From Takakia lepidozioides (Eukaryota > Plantae > Bryophyta): a stretch of DNA of 64,000 nt. The stretch covers positions 51,646,001 through 51,710,000 of the forward strand of contig CM060734.1 in assembly GCA_030704615.1 (NCBI GenBank), in the 5' to 3' direction. How positions within the stretch are numbered: the first letter of the stretch is position 1; each line of letters begins with the position of its first letter. This document shows positions 25,218 through 38,291 of this stretch, one piece after another. Below the pieces are notes generated by a model that saw only the letters and a list, made by a program, of their open reading frames with translations, did no database searches and was not told the DNA's origin. A program made the position numbers and the translations under genes.

Positions 25218-25790
25218 TTAGGGGGGGTTAGTGACGCCGGGACCCCAGGCGCGCCGGACGCGACGACCCTCTTGCAACTTCAGCGCCGCGCAGGCGCTCG
25301 TCCCGGAAAATTGCGACGTCGGCCCGTCGCCGCTGCGCCGCTCTGGTGACGCTTCGCCTGCTTGCGATTCCGCCACGTCGCTGCTGATGGGGATGACCCA
25401 CCAGTGAGCTGGGAGTTGCGATGCCCGGGTATCGCACTTACCCTCTGCAACGCTCCCGCAAGGCTGCGACTGCCGGGAATCGCAACAACACCCCCTCACA
25501 CTTAGGCGCGCAGGGAGGGCCGAGTCAGGTCGTGCTGGGGTTTGCGACGTCCGGACGTCGCCGCAATGCCACAATGGCGAGGTTGCGATTCCCCGCTGTC
25601 GCAAGCTTGCTGGGGCGACGCTCCTGCAGGGCCGCGACGTTGGGGAGTTGCAAGGATGCCATTTCCCCCTTGGCCGCAACGTGGCGAGGGCACGCCACCT
25701 TGCGGGGGTTGCGACTGCTAGAAGTCGCCCGTCAGCGGTAATGCGACGGGCCTGCGTCGTCCGGAAGTCGCAGAGAGGCCCTATTTAGTG
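25218..25790. mobile_element. CACTA element right end, same family as the 8219 end
   Basis: Ends ...aggccctatttagtg at 25790 (CACTA on the minus strand) and carries the same GCGAC/GTCGC subterminal motifs as 8219-8900. Confidence 0.7.
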
Positions 25791-25907
25791 TCTCTTTGCA
25801 AAGGTCATGGCTGAGGCCAGGGTCAATTGATCCCCTTCTTCCAATCTTTATAGTGCTCTTTCTCTCTTGCTGTATAACAGGGCCAGAGTTCTTTCTACCA
25901 CCATTGG

Positions 25908-28290
25908 TGAGAAGTCCCTCTCTATGCATCGCTGCATCAACTCCAGCGATGGCTGCTACCTCATGATTCATGTACGTGGGCCAGAGCGCTTGGTTTTGCG
26001 GAACATCGGGTGCAGGAAATCTTTTCTCTCTCCCACTCTTTCTTCTCCCTCTCTCGCTATCCCCTTCTGTCCCAGGAAAGGTCGAGTCTTTAAGAGGGCA
26101 AATAACTTAGAAGGGAAGCCATGAGCCATGAACCAAAAACAGAAGTGGGAGGTAGAAGAGGAAATTCAGTCAGCGATTTTGCGATCTTTCATCCTTTCAC
26201 ATGTTTCATTCCTTTTTGTTCAAGGAAATTCTTCCTTTTCAGTAGAGTGTCCATGCAATTGCAAGAGCTGCCTGATGACAACGCTTGGTTGAAAGGAACA
26301 ATGCAAGCCCTGCCTCCCAGGAATAAACTAGTCCATGATTTGTAAGACCGAGGTTTTAATAGACAGATTGTCTGTGTAGTAGGTATGTTGGTTACAATCA
26401 GTTTCTGAAGATGTTCTCGTTGCCACTGGTTTCTTATTATGTTTGTGGCATCACACACACTGATAGTACCTTTACAGTCAACGCTGCTTGTGAAGGCATG
26501 AAATCCATGCTCCTACAAACAAAACCAGTTGTTCATGCCTCATCTCAAGAAGCTGACTTCCTGAAATGTAGAGAGCATTGCTAGTGTGTGCCCTTTATTC
26601 CGGCACAAGTGTTATTCGGATGGGTACGATTGGTTCCGACTTCAATGATGATGGAGGGGCTTCAGTCTCCCGTGAGGAGCTCCTGAGAAATTGGTTTGAT
26701 AGCATCATCAGCTTTCAGAGGCAAGGGGAAGAACCATGTATGAAGAGATCCCTCTGGTCAACTCATGCTTACACGTCCCTGTAAATTCTTGACATGGCCT
26801 GTCATAAGGTATTCCTTGACTTCGCTGTGTTGCTCACTTGAATTGCAATCATCACCATGCCGCCACACGAAGAGGGAAATTATGTCTCTGTGGTTGCAGG
26901 TCAAACTGAAGCACAAAATGGGAGAATGCAGCCATTGACCCTTTGGCTATGACATGACCAGGAGGGCACGGTCCCACTCCTTAACCACCTTCTACTTGAA
27001 AAAAATTTCTCCAAGCTTCTCCACATCAATATTTGGACACTTGGACATTGCCTGCAACCGCACGTAGCACTCTACAACACTCAGATCCCTTGGCAAGTAA
27101 CTAACTCATGAAGCCCACAACACAAACTGGGTGCATGCCATTTTGGCAACAACATGTGTAACCAGACCTAAATCTCAAGAAACAAGAACTCCCCTGAATT
27201 ACTAGCAAGGCATGATAAAAGCCACCAGCAAGCAGAAGTATCGCTTCCACAGGTGACAAAGGCTTGGGATCACTGCAAGTCTAGCTCCTCGATTCAATGA
27301 TCTTTATGGAAATATAATCAGCAAGACTAACATCATGCGATTTTGGATTGAGTGAGACCTGGCAACAACCAGAGGGGTGGGAGAGAGACACGAACTTGTG
27401 AAGCTCTCTTCTTCTTCACGTATGTAATGAAGACTAGCTTGCCTTCTGGGGTAACATGCCATTTGCTACAGCCTTGTGAACATAGGACGCCCCCGAATTT
27501 GCACCGAGGACACCGCAGGGAGGGGGGCGAAAGGACAACAGCAGAGCAGATTGACTCGGTGCAGGTATATCATACTTGAGGTTCTTTCGCTCAGCTTAGG
27601 CAGTCGAGACACTGCTGAAAGCTGTGACCTTTCTTCCCTCTGTTCTAGGTCGTATTTGTCGATTTAAAAGCTTTCTAGAAAATCTGAAATGCAACATCAC
27701 CACTCTTAAAGGTAAGTCCCACTATTGTAGCAATCTTTGGATCTCTTTCATACCAACCTCTTTCAATCTACAAAGATGGCACAGGGCTTTTTGGTTGGAA
27801 AAGTAATGGCAGCGCATCACCTTTCTCCTTCAAGTTTGAAATGATGCACTTTCTTTCATGCACATTGCTTGTTTCACCAGTAATCCCCACAAGAACAAAC
27901 TCCATCTTGAAAGTGGTGAAAGCGGTTAACATCCCGTACAACAATACATCGCCCGACAATTTTGGAGATGAACTTGGTGGCCATGTGGCAGTCACTACAC
28001 ACCCGAAGGTTCTTGATGACACGGATAGGCATCCCAGGAGGCATGCTGATCAAACCAAAAGCAATGGCCAGTTTCTCACTGTGGTGGCAAAGAGAAAACT
28101 CCTTTAGCTCCTCCTCCACATCATGCAATACAAAACGTGTGTCAGGCACATAGCCAGCAACCTTCATCTGCCCAGACAACCATTTCAGCTCACTCTGGAT
28201 CTCCTGAATTTGTGGATGCAATTTGTCATCTACAAGGAAAGTATGGATCTGGTTGTACACCTCAATGCAGCTGTGCCCTGGCTCCTTTCT
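25908..28290 (+). repeat. Segmental duplication copy 1 (about 2.4 kb, includes the DYW 3' end and downstream flank)
   Basis: Matches 31944-34231 at offset 6035-6036 and continues at 41261-41354. The ORF-track translations of the two copies are identical through the middle. Confidence 0.97.
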
Positions 28291-29877
28291 GATACCTCTG
28301 TCCTGCATCATCTTTCTTACTTTTGCTGTATCATTCCACCTACCAGCAGCAGCATAAATGTTTGATAGCAGCACATAAGTTGGAGCGTGCTGTGAATCCC
28401 ACTTGAGAAGGCATTCTGCTGCGCATTCTGCTACCTCCACATTGACATGAATTCTGCAAGCACCAAGTAAGGCCCCCCACACCCCAGCACCTGGTTCGAC
28501 CGGCATTTTGTAAATGAAGTCCTCTGCCTCATCCAATCGGCCTGCACGGCCAAGGATGTCCACCATGCAGCCAAAGTGCTCCACTGTAGGAGTGAGGCCA
28601 TGATCTTGGCTCATCGAATCAAAATACTGACGGCCTTCATCCACTAGACCCCCATGGCTGCATGCACAAAGAACACATGTAAAGGTGACACCATCTGGTT
28701 TCAACCCTTTCTTTCGCATTTGTTCAAATAGAGTGAGGGCCTCTTCACCACACCCATGCTGAGCATATCCAGTGATCATTGCACTCCATGAGACCACATT
28801 TCGTTCAGCCATATTGTCAAACACTCGACGTGCATCATGCATGCTCCCACATTTGGCATACATGTCAATGAGGGTAGTCTCAAGGATAATATCTGGAGCA
28901 ATTCCAGCTTTCACGATGTCAGCATGAACCTCCATACCCTTTTCGAGGGCTGCCAGGCTGGCACAAGCATTAAGAACACAGACAAACGTGACAATGTTGG
29001 GCATCACCCCTTTCAATATCATTTGCTCATAGATCTGGAAAGCCTGCATACCACACCCATGCTCAGCGTATCCTGCAATCATCGCACTCCACGAGACCAC
29101 ATTTCGTTCAGCCATATTATCAAATACTTGACGGGCATCCTTCAGGTTCCCACATTTTGCATACATGGCAGCAAGGGCAGTCTCCAGGATGATATCTGGT
29201 GCAATTCCCGATTTGATGATGTCCCCATGGACCTCTATGCCATTTCCCAAGGCTCGTAGGCTGGCACATGCCTTGAGAACACAAATGAAAGTGACATTGT
29301 CTGGAGTCACTCCTTCCCGTATCATTTTCTGATAGAGCTCAACAGCCTCCCTACCATGCCCTTGCTGAGAGTATCCTGTGATCATTATAGTCCAAGTAAA
29401 CACATTTCGTTCAGGCATATTGTCAAACAATTGCCGTGCATCCACCAAGCTTCTGCATTTGACATACATGTTGACAAGGTTGTTAAGTAGAAAGATGGTG
29501 GGCTTCAATCCACTTTGAATGATGTGGGCATGCACCTGCTGTCCCTCTGCTAGGCCTTGCATGTTGATGCACTCCTGCAAGAGACAGACATAGGTATCGG
29601 AGTCCACTGAAATGCCTTGTTGGTTCAAAATTTGTAGGGCCTCTTTCACCTCTCCTGCCATACATAGTGTCCTCACATCACCACATAGTAGTTGACCTTG
29701 TATCCTGGCAGCTAGCTCTGCTTTCACCCAAGGAGGATTTGACCAACTATCCATCCAAAGGGCCACCTTTGTGCATTTATGTTTGAAGTCTGGTGCTCTT
29801 GGACTTCTCTGTATGAACCACCCGAGAGCAGCTGAGAAGCCACAGAGTATTTTAACCACAAATGAGGCTACCACCAC
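27874..29877 (-). CDS. PLS-class PPR-E1-E2-DYW protein, organellar C-to-U RNA-editing factor
   Basis: L-S-(P-L-S)x2-P2-L2-S2-E1-E2, PG box [19 protein letters not shown], terminal DYW. The first in-frame ATG is at 29754; the true start may lie in an upstream exon. Confidence 0.95.
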   Translation of the reverse strand: MVVASFVVKILCGFSAALGWFIQRSPRAPDFKHKCTKVALWMDSWSNPPWVKAELAARIQGQLLCGDVRTLCMAGEVKEALQILNQQGISVDSDTYVCLLQECINMQGLAEGQQVHAHIIQSGLKPTIFLLNNLVNMYVKCRSLVDARQLFDNMPERNVFTWTIMITGYSQQGHGREAVELYQKMIREGVTPDNVTFICVLKACASLRALGNGIEVHGDIIKSGIAPDIILETALAAMYAKCGNLKDARQVFDNMAERNVVSWSAMIAGYAEHGCGMQAFQIYEQMILKGVMPNIVTFVCVLNACASLAALEKGMEVHADIVKAGIAPDIILETTLIDMYAKCGSMHDARRVFDNMAERNVVSWSAMITGYAQHGCGEEALTLFEQMRKKGLKPDGVTFTCVLCACSHGGLVDEGRQYFDSMSQDHGLTPTVEHFGCMVDILGRAGRLDEAEDFIYKMPVEPGAGVWGALLGACRIHVNVEVAECAAECLLKWDSQHAPTYVLLSNIYAAAGRWNDTAKVRKMMQDRGIRKEPGHSCIEVYNQIHTFLVDDKLHPQIQEIQSELKWLSGQMKVAGYVPDTRFVLHDVEEELKEFSLCHHSEKLAIAFGLISMPPGMPIRVIKNLRVCSDCHMATKFISKIVGRCIVVRDVNRFHHFQDGVCSCGDYW

Positions 29878-31943
29878 TGATCTCCAAGCCTCCTCAAATA
29901 TGAGACAACAGCCTCGAGCAACCCACCTGGAAACACCATCCTACAACACCCTGCACCACTCTAAACATCCATAGCAGTAGGAAGAACCAGGTTTAAGCTG
30001 CCTTTTCAGCAATGAGAGACAAATATCATGCAGCTTCAGTCACAAGCAGTCCGTGACAAACTCTTTAACATACTAAATGCAACGTAGCCTCACCTTATGA
30101 ACACTGTTGTCCCACCACAGTGAAGGATCCGAGAAAAACTCCTGCCAGAGCCGTTCCGTGCTCTCTGCTTGATCTGTGTGCAGGAAGCACAAGACCATGA
30201 GAAATTGCCGGTGCTACTTGCCACGGCTTGTAGTAAGGAAAACTAGTGCTTCAAGATAGATCCTCTACAGCTCCTACTTGTCCTGGGCCTTAAGGAAAGG
30301 CTATCATAGGCTTTCCATAAGAGGAGGCACCCACCCTTTCTAAGGCATGGTTTGACTATTACCATCATAGCCAGATGAGACACATATCTGTATCAAATTG
30401 GGGAACAGATACTATCCTCTAGAAAGCCCTTCACACAAGCATCAACTTGCTGTGTGTGAGCTGCCCAGCAATTAGAGCCCAACGGGGCCAGGGCTTTAGG
30501 CTCAGCTTCAAAATTTTGAAAGAGCAGAGGTGCAGGGAGAAGGGGAAAGAGAGAGAAATGAAGAGATATATCACTATACAGTTTACCACAGCCTTGTGGA
30601 TACAGACATCATGCCTAATTTGGAGGGACCAAAAAGGGCAGAAAAGGGTAACCTGAATTCACCGATTCCATAAAGCTCAATGTGCTCATGAACACCTGTC
30701 TCCCGCATGACACTAACCCACACATCATGCCATCCCCACTTGTGTCCCACACACCACAACCGGCCAGTATCTTAGACTGGAAAAACCTCCCCATAAACCA
30801 TGCCCACAGGCAAAATGATTAGCCGAGGACCAATTGTCGTTCCTTTCACTCTTTAGCGCTTCTGCAACAGACTTGACGATTCATTCCACTGTAGAGAACT
30901 CAACCACTATTCAATCAACAGATGCATTTGGCCCAATGGGCATGGGTGTATTTAACAAAGTGAGCCAGACTCTGATTATGACAGGATAAAAGAGACAGAG
31001 AGTGGCACCTAAGAGCCAATGCCCTTCCTGCCCTACCTGTCCTTAACTATTGGCATACATATGTGAGAATAACACTGACCTCAGCAATGTTTTGGCGAAT
31101 GCTGCTCTTGTCGACGAAGGCCATAAGGGAGCGCCGCAAGGCAGGCATGCCCTCCACAAGGGTCATGCTTTGTGTCTGTCTGCTCCTTCAAATCTGCTAC
31201 CGGAATTTGGACGTTACTTCACAGTATGTAAAAGTTACCAAGACAAAAAAGAACTCGAGAAATAAATAGGACCCAGAAAGAAAGGCGTTCAGAGTAGGTG
31301 CAAATAAATCAAGCTATCAATCTCCTCAGGGTGGAAGGCACCTGGCATAGGTCGAGTTAAACCTTTTCGAGCTTGTCTTGACGGTTCTCCAAACAATTAC
31401 AAGTTCAGTACGGGATTGGAAGCTGCAGAACTGTAATTTATTGGTCATTACACATTGGGGGATTAGAGGAGAAAGAGGAAAGTTGAGGCCACTGGGAAGC
31501 TGATGTGTGAAGGCAGAGATGGTTACAAATGATGCAGCGATTTGAAGGGGTAGTGTAGAGTTCCACAAAGAGTGTAAAACGCGATGACAATTTGACAACA
31601 CAGGACAACACGAGCTGCACCCACATTATCCTCGTCCATTGCTCGTTGGAAATGGCACATTTTGCAGTAAGATTCTCTCAGCTCACCACAGACAATTAAA
31701 ACACTAAGTTTCGGCATTTCTACTACCCAATTCTGTGCATCACCCAATTCCACACATTTTCCTACAGGGATCCCCGCCTCCATCGAGCAAAGTACAAATT
31801 TCCTCCTTGGGAAAACCAAGTTGCTGTTCTAAATGCAAGGAAAATTCGATTCGATGGTGCACGGAGACAAAAACCTCGCACAGGACGTAAGAACCGTGGG
31901 GAAAGAGCGAACGGAAGAGGCCGTGAGACAGCAGCAGCCGCGA

Positions 31944-34231
31944 TGAGAAGTCCCTCTCTATGCATCGCTGCATCAACTCCAGCGATGGCTGCTGCCTCAT
32001 GATTCGCGTACGTGGGCCAGAGCGCTTGGTTTTGCGGAACATCGGGTGCAGGAAATCTTTTCTCTCTCCCACTCTTTCTTCTCCCTCTCTGCTATCCCCT
32101 TCTGTCCCAGGAAAGGTCGAGTCTTTAAGAGGGCAAATAACTTAGAAGGGAAGCCGTGAGCAGTGAACCAAAAACAGAAGTGGGAGGTAGAAGAGGAAAT
32201 TCAGTCAGCGATTTTGCGATCTTTCATCCTTTCACATGTTTCATTCCTTTTTGTTCAAGGAAATTCTTCCTTTTCAGTAGAGTGTCCATGCAATTGCAAG
32301 AGCTGCCTGATGACAACGCTTGGTTGAAAGGAACAATGCAAGCCCTGCCTCCCAGGAATAAACTAGTCCATGATTTGTAAGACCGAGGTTTTAATAGACA
32401 GATTGTCTGTGTAGTAGGTATGTTGGTTACAATCAGTTTCTGAAGATGTTCTCGTTGCCACTGGTTTCTTATTATGTTTGTGGCATCACACACACTGATA
32501 GTACCTTTACAGTCAACGCTGCTTGTGAAGGCATGAAATCCATGCTCCTACAAACAAAACCAGTTGTTCATGCCTCATCTCAAGAAGCTGACTTCCTGAA
32601 ATGTAGAGAGCATTGCTAGTGTGTGCCCTTTATTCCGGCACAAGTGTTATTCGGATGGGTACGATTGGTTCCGACTTCAATGATGATGGAGGGGCTTCAG
32701 TCTCCCGTGAGGAGCTCCTGAGAAATTGGTTTGATAGCATCATCAGCTTTCAGAGGCAAGGGGAAGAACCATGTATGAAGAGATCCCTCTGGTCAACTCA
32801 TGCTTACACGTCCCTGTAAATTCTTGACATGGCCTGTCATAAGGTATTCCTTGACTTCGCTGTGTTGCTCACTTGAATTGCAATCATCACCATGCCGCCA
32901 CACGAAGAGGGAAATTATGTCTCTGTGGTTGCAGGTCAAACTGAAGCACAAAATGGGAGAATGCAGCCATTGACCCTTTGGCTATGACATGACCAGGAGG
33001 GCACGGTCCCACTCCTTAACCACCTTCTACTTGAAAAAAATTTCTCCAAGCTTCTCCACATCAATATTTGGACACTTGGACATTGCCTGCAACCGCACGT
33101 AGCACTCTACAACACTCAGATCCCTTGGCAAGTAACTAACTCATGAAGCCCACAACACAAACTGGGTGCATGCCATTTTGGCAACAACATGTGTAACCAG
33201 ACCTAAATCTCAAGAAACAAGAACTCCCCTGAATTACTAGCAAGGCATGATAAAAGCCACCAGCAAGCAGAAGTATCGCTTCCACAGGTGACAAAGGCTT
33301 GGGATCACTGCAAGTCTAGCTCCTCGATTCAATGATCTTTATGGAAATATAATCAGCAAGACTAACATCATGCGATTTTGGATTGAGTGAGACCTGGCAA
33401 CAACCAGAGGGGTGGGAGAGAGACACGAACTTGTGAAGCTCTCTTCTTCTTCACGTATGTAATGAAGACTAGCTTGCCTTCTGGGGTAACATGCCATTTG
33501 CTACAGCCTTGTGAACATAGGACGCCCCCGAATTTGCACCGAGGACACCGCAGGGAGGGGGGCGAAAGGACAACAGCAGAGCAGATTGACTCGGTGCAGG
33601 TATATCATACTTGAGGTTCTTTCGCTCAGCTTAGGCAGTCGAGACACTGCTGAAAGCTGTGACCTTTCTTCCCTCTGTTCTAGGTCGTATTTGTCGATTT
33701 AAAAGCTTTCTAGAAAATCTGAAATGCAACATCACCACTCTTAAAGGTAAGTCCCACTATTGTAGCAATCTTTGGATCTCTTTCATACCAACCTCTTTCA
33801 ATCTACAAAGATGGCACAGGGCTTTTTGGTTGGAAAAGTAATGGCAGCGCATCACCTTTCTCCTTCAAGTTTGAAATGATGCACTTTCTTTCATGCACAT
33901 TGCTTGTTTCACCAGTAATCCCCACAAGAACAAACTCCATCTTGAAAGTGGTGAAAGCGGTTAACATCCCGTACAACAATACATCGCCCGACAATTTTGG
34001 AGATGAACTTGGTGGCCATGTGGCAGTCACTACACACCCGAAGGTTCTTGATGACACGGATAGGCATCCCAGGAGGCATGCTGATCAAACCAAAAGCAAT
34101 GGCCAGTTTCTCACTGTGGTGGCAAAGAGAAAACTCCTTTAGCTCCTCCACATCATGCAATACAAAACGTGTGTCAGGCACATAGCCAGCAACCTTCATC
34201 TGCCCAGACAACCACAGCTCACTCTTGATCT
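31944..34231 (+). repeat. Segmental duplication copy 2
   Basis: Near-identical to 25908-28202; interrupted at 34232 by a 7-kb insertion. Confidence 0.97.
33909..34231 (-). pseudogene. Duplicated DYW domain, C-terminal part; the N-terminal part lies at 41261-41354
   Basis: Matches the DYW of 27874-29877 except for two single-codon deletions (K, E) and one substitution at the insertion junction. HSE, CxxC and DYW are intact. Confidence 0.93.
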
Positions 34232-37200
34232 ACCACACAATTATAATGCCCCCATTCACTGGGCGATCTCAAACAGCCAGCTCTGGCCCTCATTATCTTG
34301 TCCCGTGTCACACCATCAGCCCACACCCTAGTCAAGGTAGCTTCTGCTTCACAAATCAAACAACACCCAAAACCACCAAGCCTACAACCAAACTACACTG
34401 TCAATGCACATGACTGCCTTAAATCCCCAGACACTACACACACCTAGTGTAGTATATATATGCTGCCAAACACAAATATTATATACCACACTTTCCTACA
34501 TTACATCTAGCATTACCCCACAGGAAAATAACAAACCCGAACATAGACATTTTTGCTCACCAAAACCCGGTCCACAAATTACCTTAGCTGCTACTCCTCC
34601 AAATTCATGTATGCAAATGGTAAGTGCCAAGCAACCCTTGTTTAATACATATGGCCTGCTGTGCCTGAACATTGTAACATCCCTACTACCTTGGCCCACC
34701 ATAGAAGATACAATACTTGCTGGAAGAAAAAACTGCATTTACACAAAACCGCCCACATTAATCAGATCATATGACTATGCTACACATCTCCTAGGGTTCA
34801 GACATATATACCTGCTGGTGATCTCTCATACCATAACAACACCCCCGACCTGTCTGGTTGGCCACATGGACAACATTACTCGGCTGCTGGATCCTCTCTG
34901 TCTGATAATGCATCACGCTGTACTAACCCCGCTTGCCCCCCCATTCCCTTATCCATACAAAAAATGGACACTCCAATTCCAAAATTCCACTACAAAACAA
35001 ACTGGATACAATCACATGCCCCTTCAAAAATCATATGTACGGCTTGCTACATCCACTGACCATAATATAAAACCCCAATGCTGGATACCTTGTTACTGGC
35101 CCACCTCTTCTACTCTGGACTTGTCGTCCTTACCCCCACAATGCTCTGCAAATCGCAATAACTGCAAACCCATGAACAACTATATGCCACCCATTACCAC
35201 TACCTCGCACAATCAATCTACTTCCTAGAACCCCATTTACTGGCCCCCGTACACAACCCTCAGAACAGCACATACCTCAACAAAGACTGCTCCATCCTCT
35301 ATGCCAATAACTACTACAAAAACAGCCGCATACCTATATACTACACAATTAAGACAGACTGAATGCCAAATACAAAATACCACTGTTCATACCCCTGGGG
35401 CCGCCAAGCAGACTACAAATATTGCCAAGCGGTTATTATCACACGAAGGTAGATCTCTGTCTATAACTGAGACAACACCCCCTCCCAAGCAACTGCCCTG
35501 CTACAACACACAAGATACACCACTTGCTGTAAAAAGCTGCGCCCACATCACCCCCACCACAGCAGTAAACCCATATACATATGCTACAAAAACAATTGCA
35601 TGCCTATATAGTTGGCAGACATTGTCCACAGATACAGCAATGGCGCACCTGAGGCGTGACTCCACGTCTAGCAATACCTCTAAAATTAACAACACACAAA
35701 CAAAAAAGAAATACCTGTCACAACGCATCATTCAAAAGATCCTTGCTTCAATCACAAGAAGGTCTCATGCCGCAATAAAATTCTATTCCCAACACATTGC
35801 ACAGCGCGACCTCCAGCTGTGTATCATTAAATCGCTTACTCCATCCCACTGTCCCCCTCTATACCATGTTCAGAGTCAAGACCCCAAGCAAGGCCCCCTC
35901 TGTGTAATCACATTTGACAAAGCCTCTGCCAACATAGAACCAAAAAACAGAACAGGAACCAATCAATTATGCTTACCAAACCCATGTCCACAAAACACCT
36001 CCGTTGATATCCCTCGAAACCCCATGCAGCCTACAAATACTGTCGCACATCTCTTGCCGGACGCGGATAGATCTTTGTGTGTAACTGATGCAACACCCCC
36101 TCTCTCTTAACTGCCTTGCTACACCATGCAAGATACATCATTTGTTATTAAAAGCTACATCCACATCGATTGGCAGCTACTGTATGCAGATACAACATTG
36201 ATGCACCTGCGGCCCGATACCACATGCAGCAATATATTTAGAACTCATAACACACGAACAAACCATACTGATTCCTTCCTAGTAACCATACACATGCAAA
36301 CTATTTACAGCCTGATATATGAATACTTTCAGAAATCCACGATGCTCTACAACCACATATCAATTACAACGAACTGTACCTCAGCCCCCATTAAACAGCC
36401 CATGTTAGTTACAAGGTTGAGGCATACTGAATGCCAATTACAAACGCCTGGCAACACCATGATACCAAAAAATCAGATACAACGAACCATGAATCATGCT
36501 GCTTCATGATTACATCCCTGGCCCCCCTTACCGCCATCAAAACTCAGCAATATGCACTCTACCGCCACAGTGCCCCATTCAAAAGACTCGAGCCTCAATT
36601 TCAATATTATGGTCTCACATCACCAACAAATACTACCAAGACATTGCAAACTGCTCCAACCAACTATACATCAACAGCGCTCCGCACAACTCACAGATCA
36701 TGCAATATCCCTCAACTCTCGCTACCACATATCACAAATCTCAAATCCCTAATTCACTAATGCCTCCAAATTGGGCTGCTGTCAGCCCCTATAACCTCAT
36801 GCATCTCTCACAATTGCCCCACTGCAACAGGAAACAATTACCCTCACAACCTGGCAAAATAGCTCCATCTACACTACCAAACCAGACGCTCTCTTACCCC
36901 CAGCATTCCACCCTTGCTCCTACCTGCAACCGACTCACAAATACTTGGACTGAGTCTAAATCAACCAGATACACATAGACAGGCCCCTTACTTCTGCACT
37001 GCACACCGGATCCTACAAAAACCCATTAAAAAACCCCTACTAATTCCACACATAATGCAGGCAGAAAGCTCACCACATAAAAAAGAGCTGCCATCTGCAG
37101 GACCTCCAAAAGTCGACCTTGCCCCCCCCTGTCACACTCAAAACTCACTCGTAACCACCCTGACAACCACCCTGACAACGCTCAACCTGTCAAGCACTCA

Positions 37201-37759
37201 ACCTCTACTGAAGCATACCTCCGTGAGAGCTCTTGTTGCCCGGAACCAAGCCCATGCACAGATCCAAGCCCACTGTGCCCCGCCCAACTTTCAAACCCAT
37301 GGATATCGTCCAAATAACACACTCCACATTCATCCAAGGGGCTTTTTCCCTATCCATTTCATCCCCATTCACACCAAAAAACGAAATACAAAACTATAAT
37401 AAATAATGCAATAATTAATAATAAAAATAACAAGCCTCAAACGGCAATTGGCTCTCTTGCTTTGTACCCCCAACTCATTTGCCCAGTTTGGGAAGGTCAG
37501 GCAACCCGGACGAAGTAGGAGGGTCGATGGGAGGTAGACAGCTGGGTGGTTTTTTTTTTTTTTTTAAAAAAAATGGGCATGGGATGGGGCGGTGGGCCCC
37601 CTCCACCATGGCCTCCAAAAACTATATAAGGAGGGTAAGGAGTGTATACATTTTATTAGAATTCTCCGGCCTCTCTTGGGTGGGCTCTGCAAGCCGAGCC
37701 CCCTTAGAAAAAAAAAAATTGGAACCTCAACCATCATCTAATTAGAATATCTCTTACTA

Positions 37760-37942
37760 CCGTAGTACCTTTGGCAAGTTCAACAATCATCTGTCGAATA
37801 TTTATTTTATTTTGAGAATTTCATTTCAATATATGGAACATTCTCAAAGATGCTTACATTTAATTTCACAAAATCAATTTCCAAAATTTTCAACAATCTT
37901 TGAAATATTAAAATTTGTGTCGAAATTGCCAAGGTACTACGG
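37760..37942. mobile_element. Tc1/mariner-type MITE with TA target duplication
   Basis: TIRs ccgtagtacctttggcaa / ttgccaaggtactacgg, flanked by TA at 37758-37759 and 37943-37944. Confidence 0.88.
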
Positions 37943-38016
37943 TATGCAACACCAACAATTACTACACTTTTTGTACACGTTTGGTTTCTGATGCTTTGCT
38001 TTGGTAACAACATAAG

Positions 38017-38291
38017 CAGTGTTTTTCTTAAGAAATTTGGAAAACAGCACGAGTGGCTACAGAGTTTTGCAAAAAATAGCTGTATATTCTGTTCATCCAC
38101 TGAATTTCATCCCTTCATGTACTTCAATCCATTTATATCATCCATATTTGGCGAATTCATCCATAATTTATTTTTTATTTGGAGAAATTTGGCGATTTCA
38201 TCCATGAAATAATAGGGAATTTGCGACAGAATATTTTATTTTATTTTTTGAGGTCGAAATCTGGCGAAAATTAGCCAATAAAAAAGCGCTC
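38017..38291. mobile_element. hAT-type MITE with an 8-bp target-site duplication
   Basis: Ends cagtgttttt ... aaaaagcgctc; aacataag at 38009-38016 and 38292-38299. Confidence 0.85.

Noticed and set aside
8219-25790. A single 17.5-kb CACTA element that captured PPR genes
   Set aside because: The ends look like the same family, but the flanking triplets differ (TCA vs TCT) and the GTPase pseudogene cut at 8218 does not resume after 25790. A simple insertion is not supported.
26578-26784. Small plus-strand gene in the duplicated segment (also 32613-32819)
   Set aside because: No recognisable domain; identity between the copies reflects the duplication, not selection.
34404-37399. Long Thr/Pro/His-rich ORFs as host genes
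   Set aside because: Explained by the A/C strand bias of the decayed retroelement; no protein motifs recognised.
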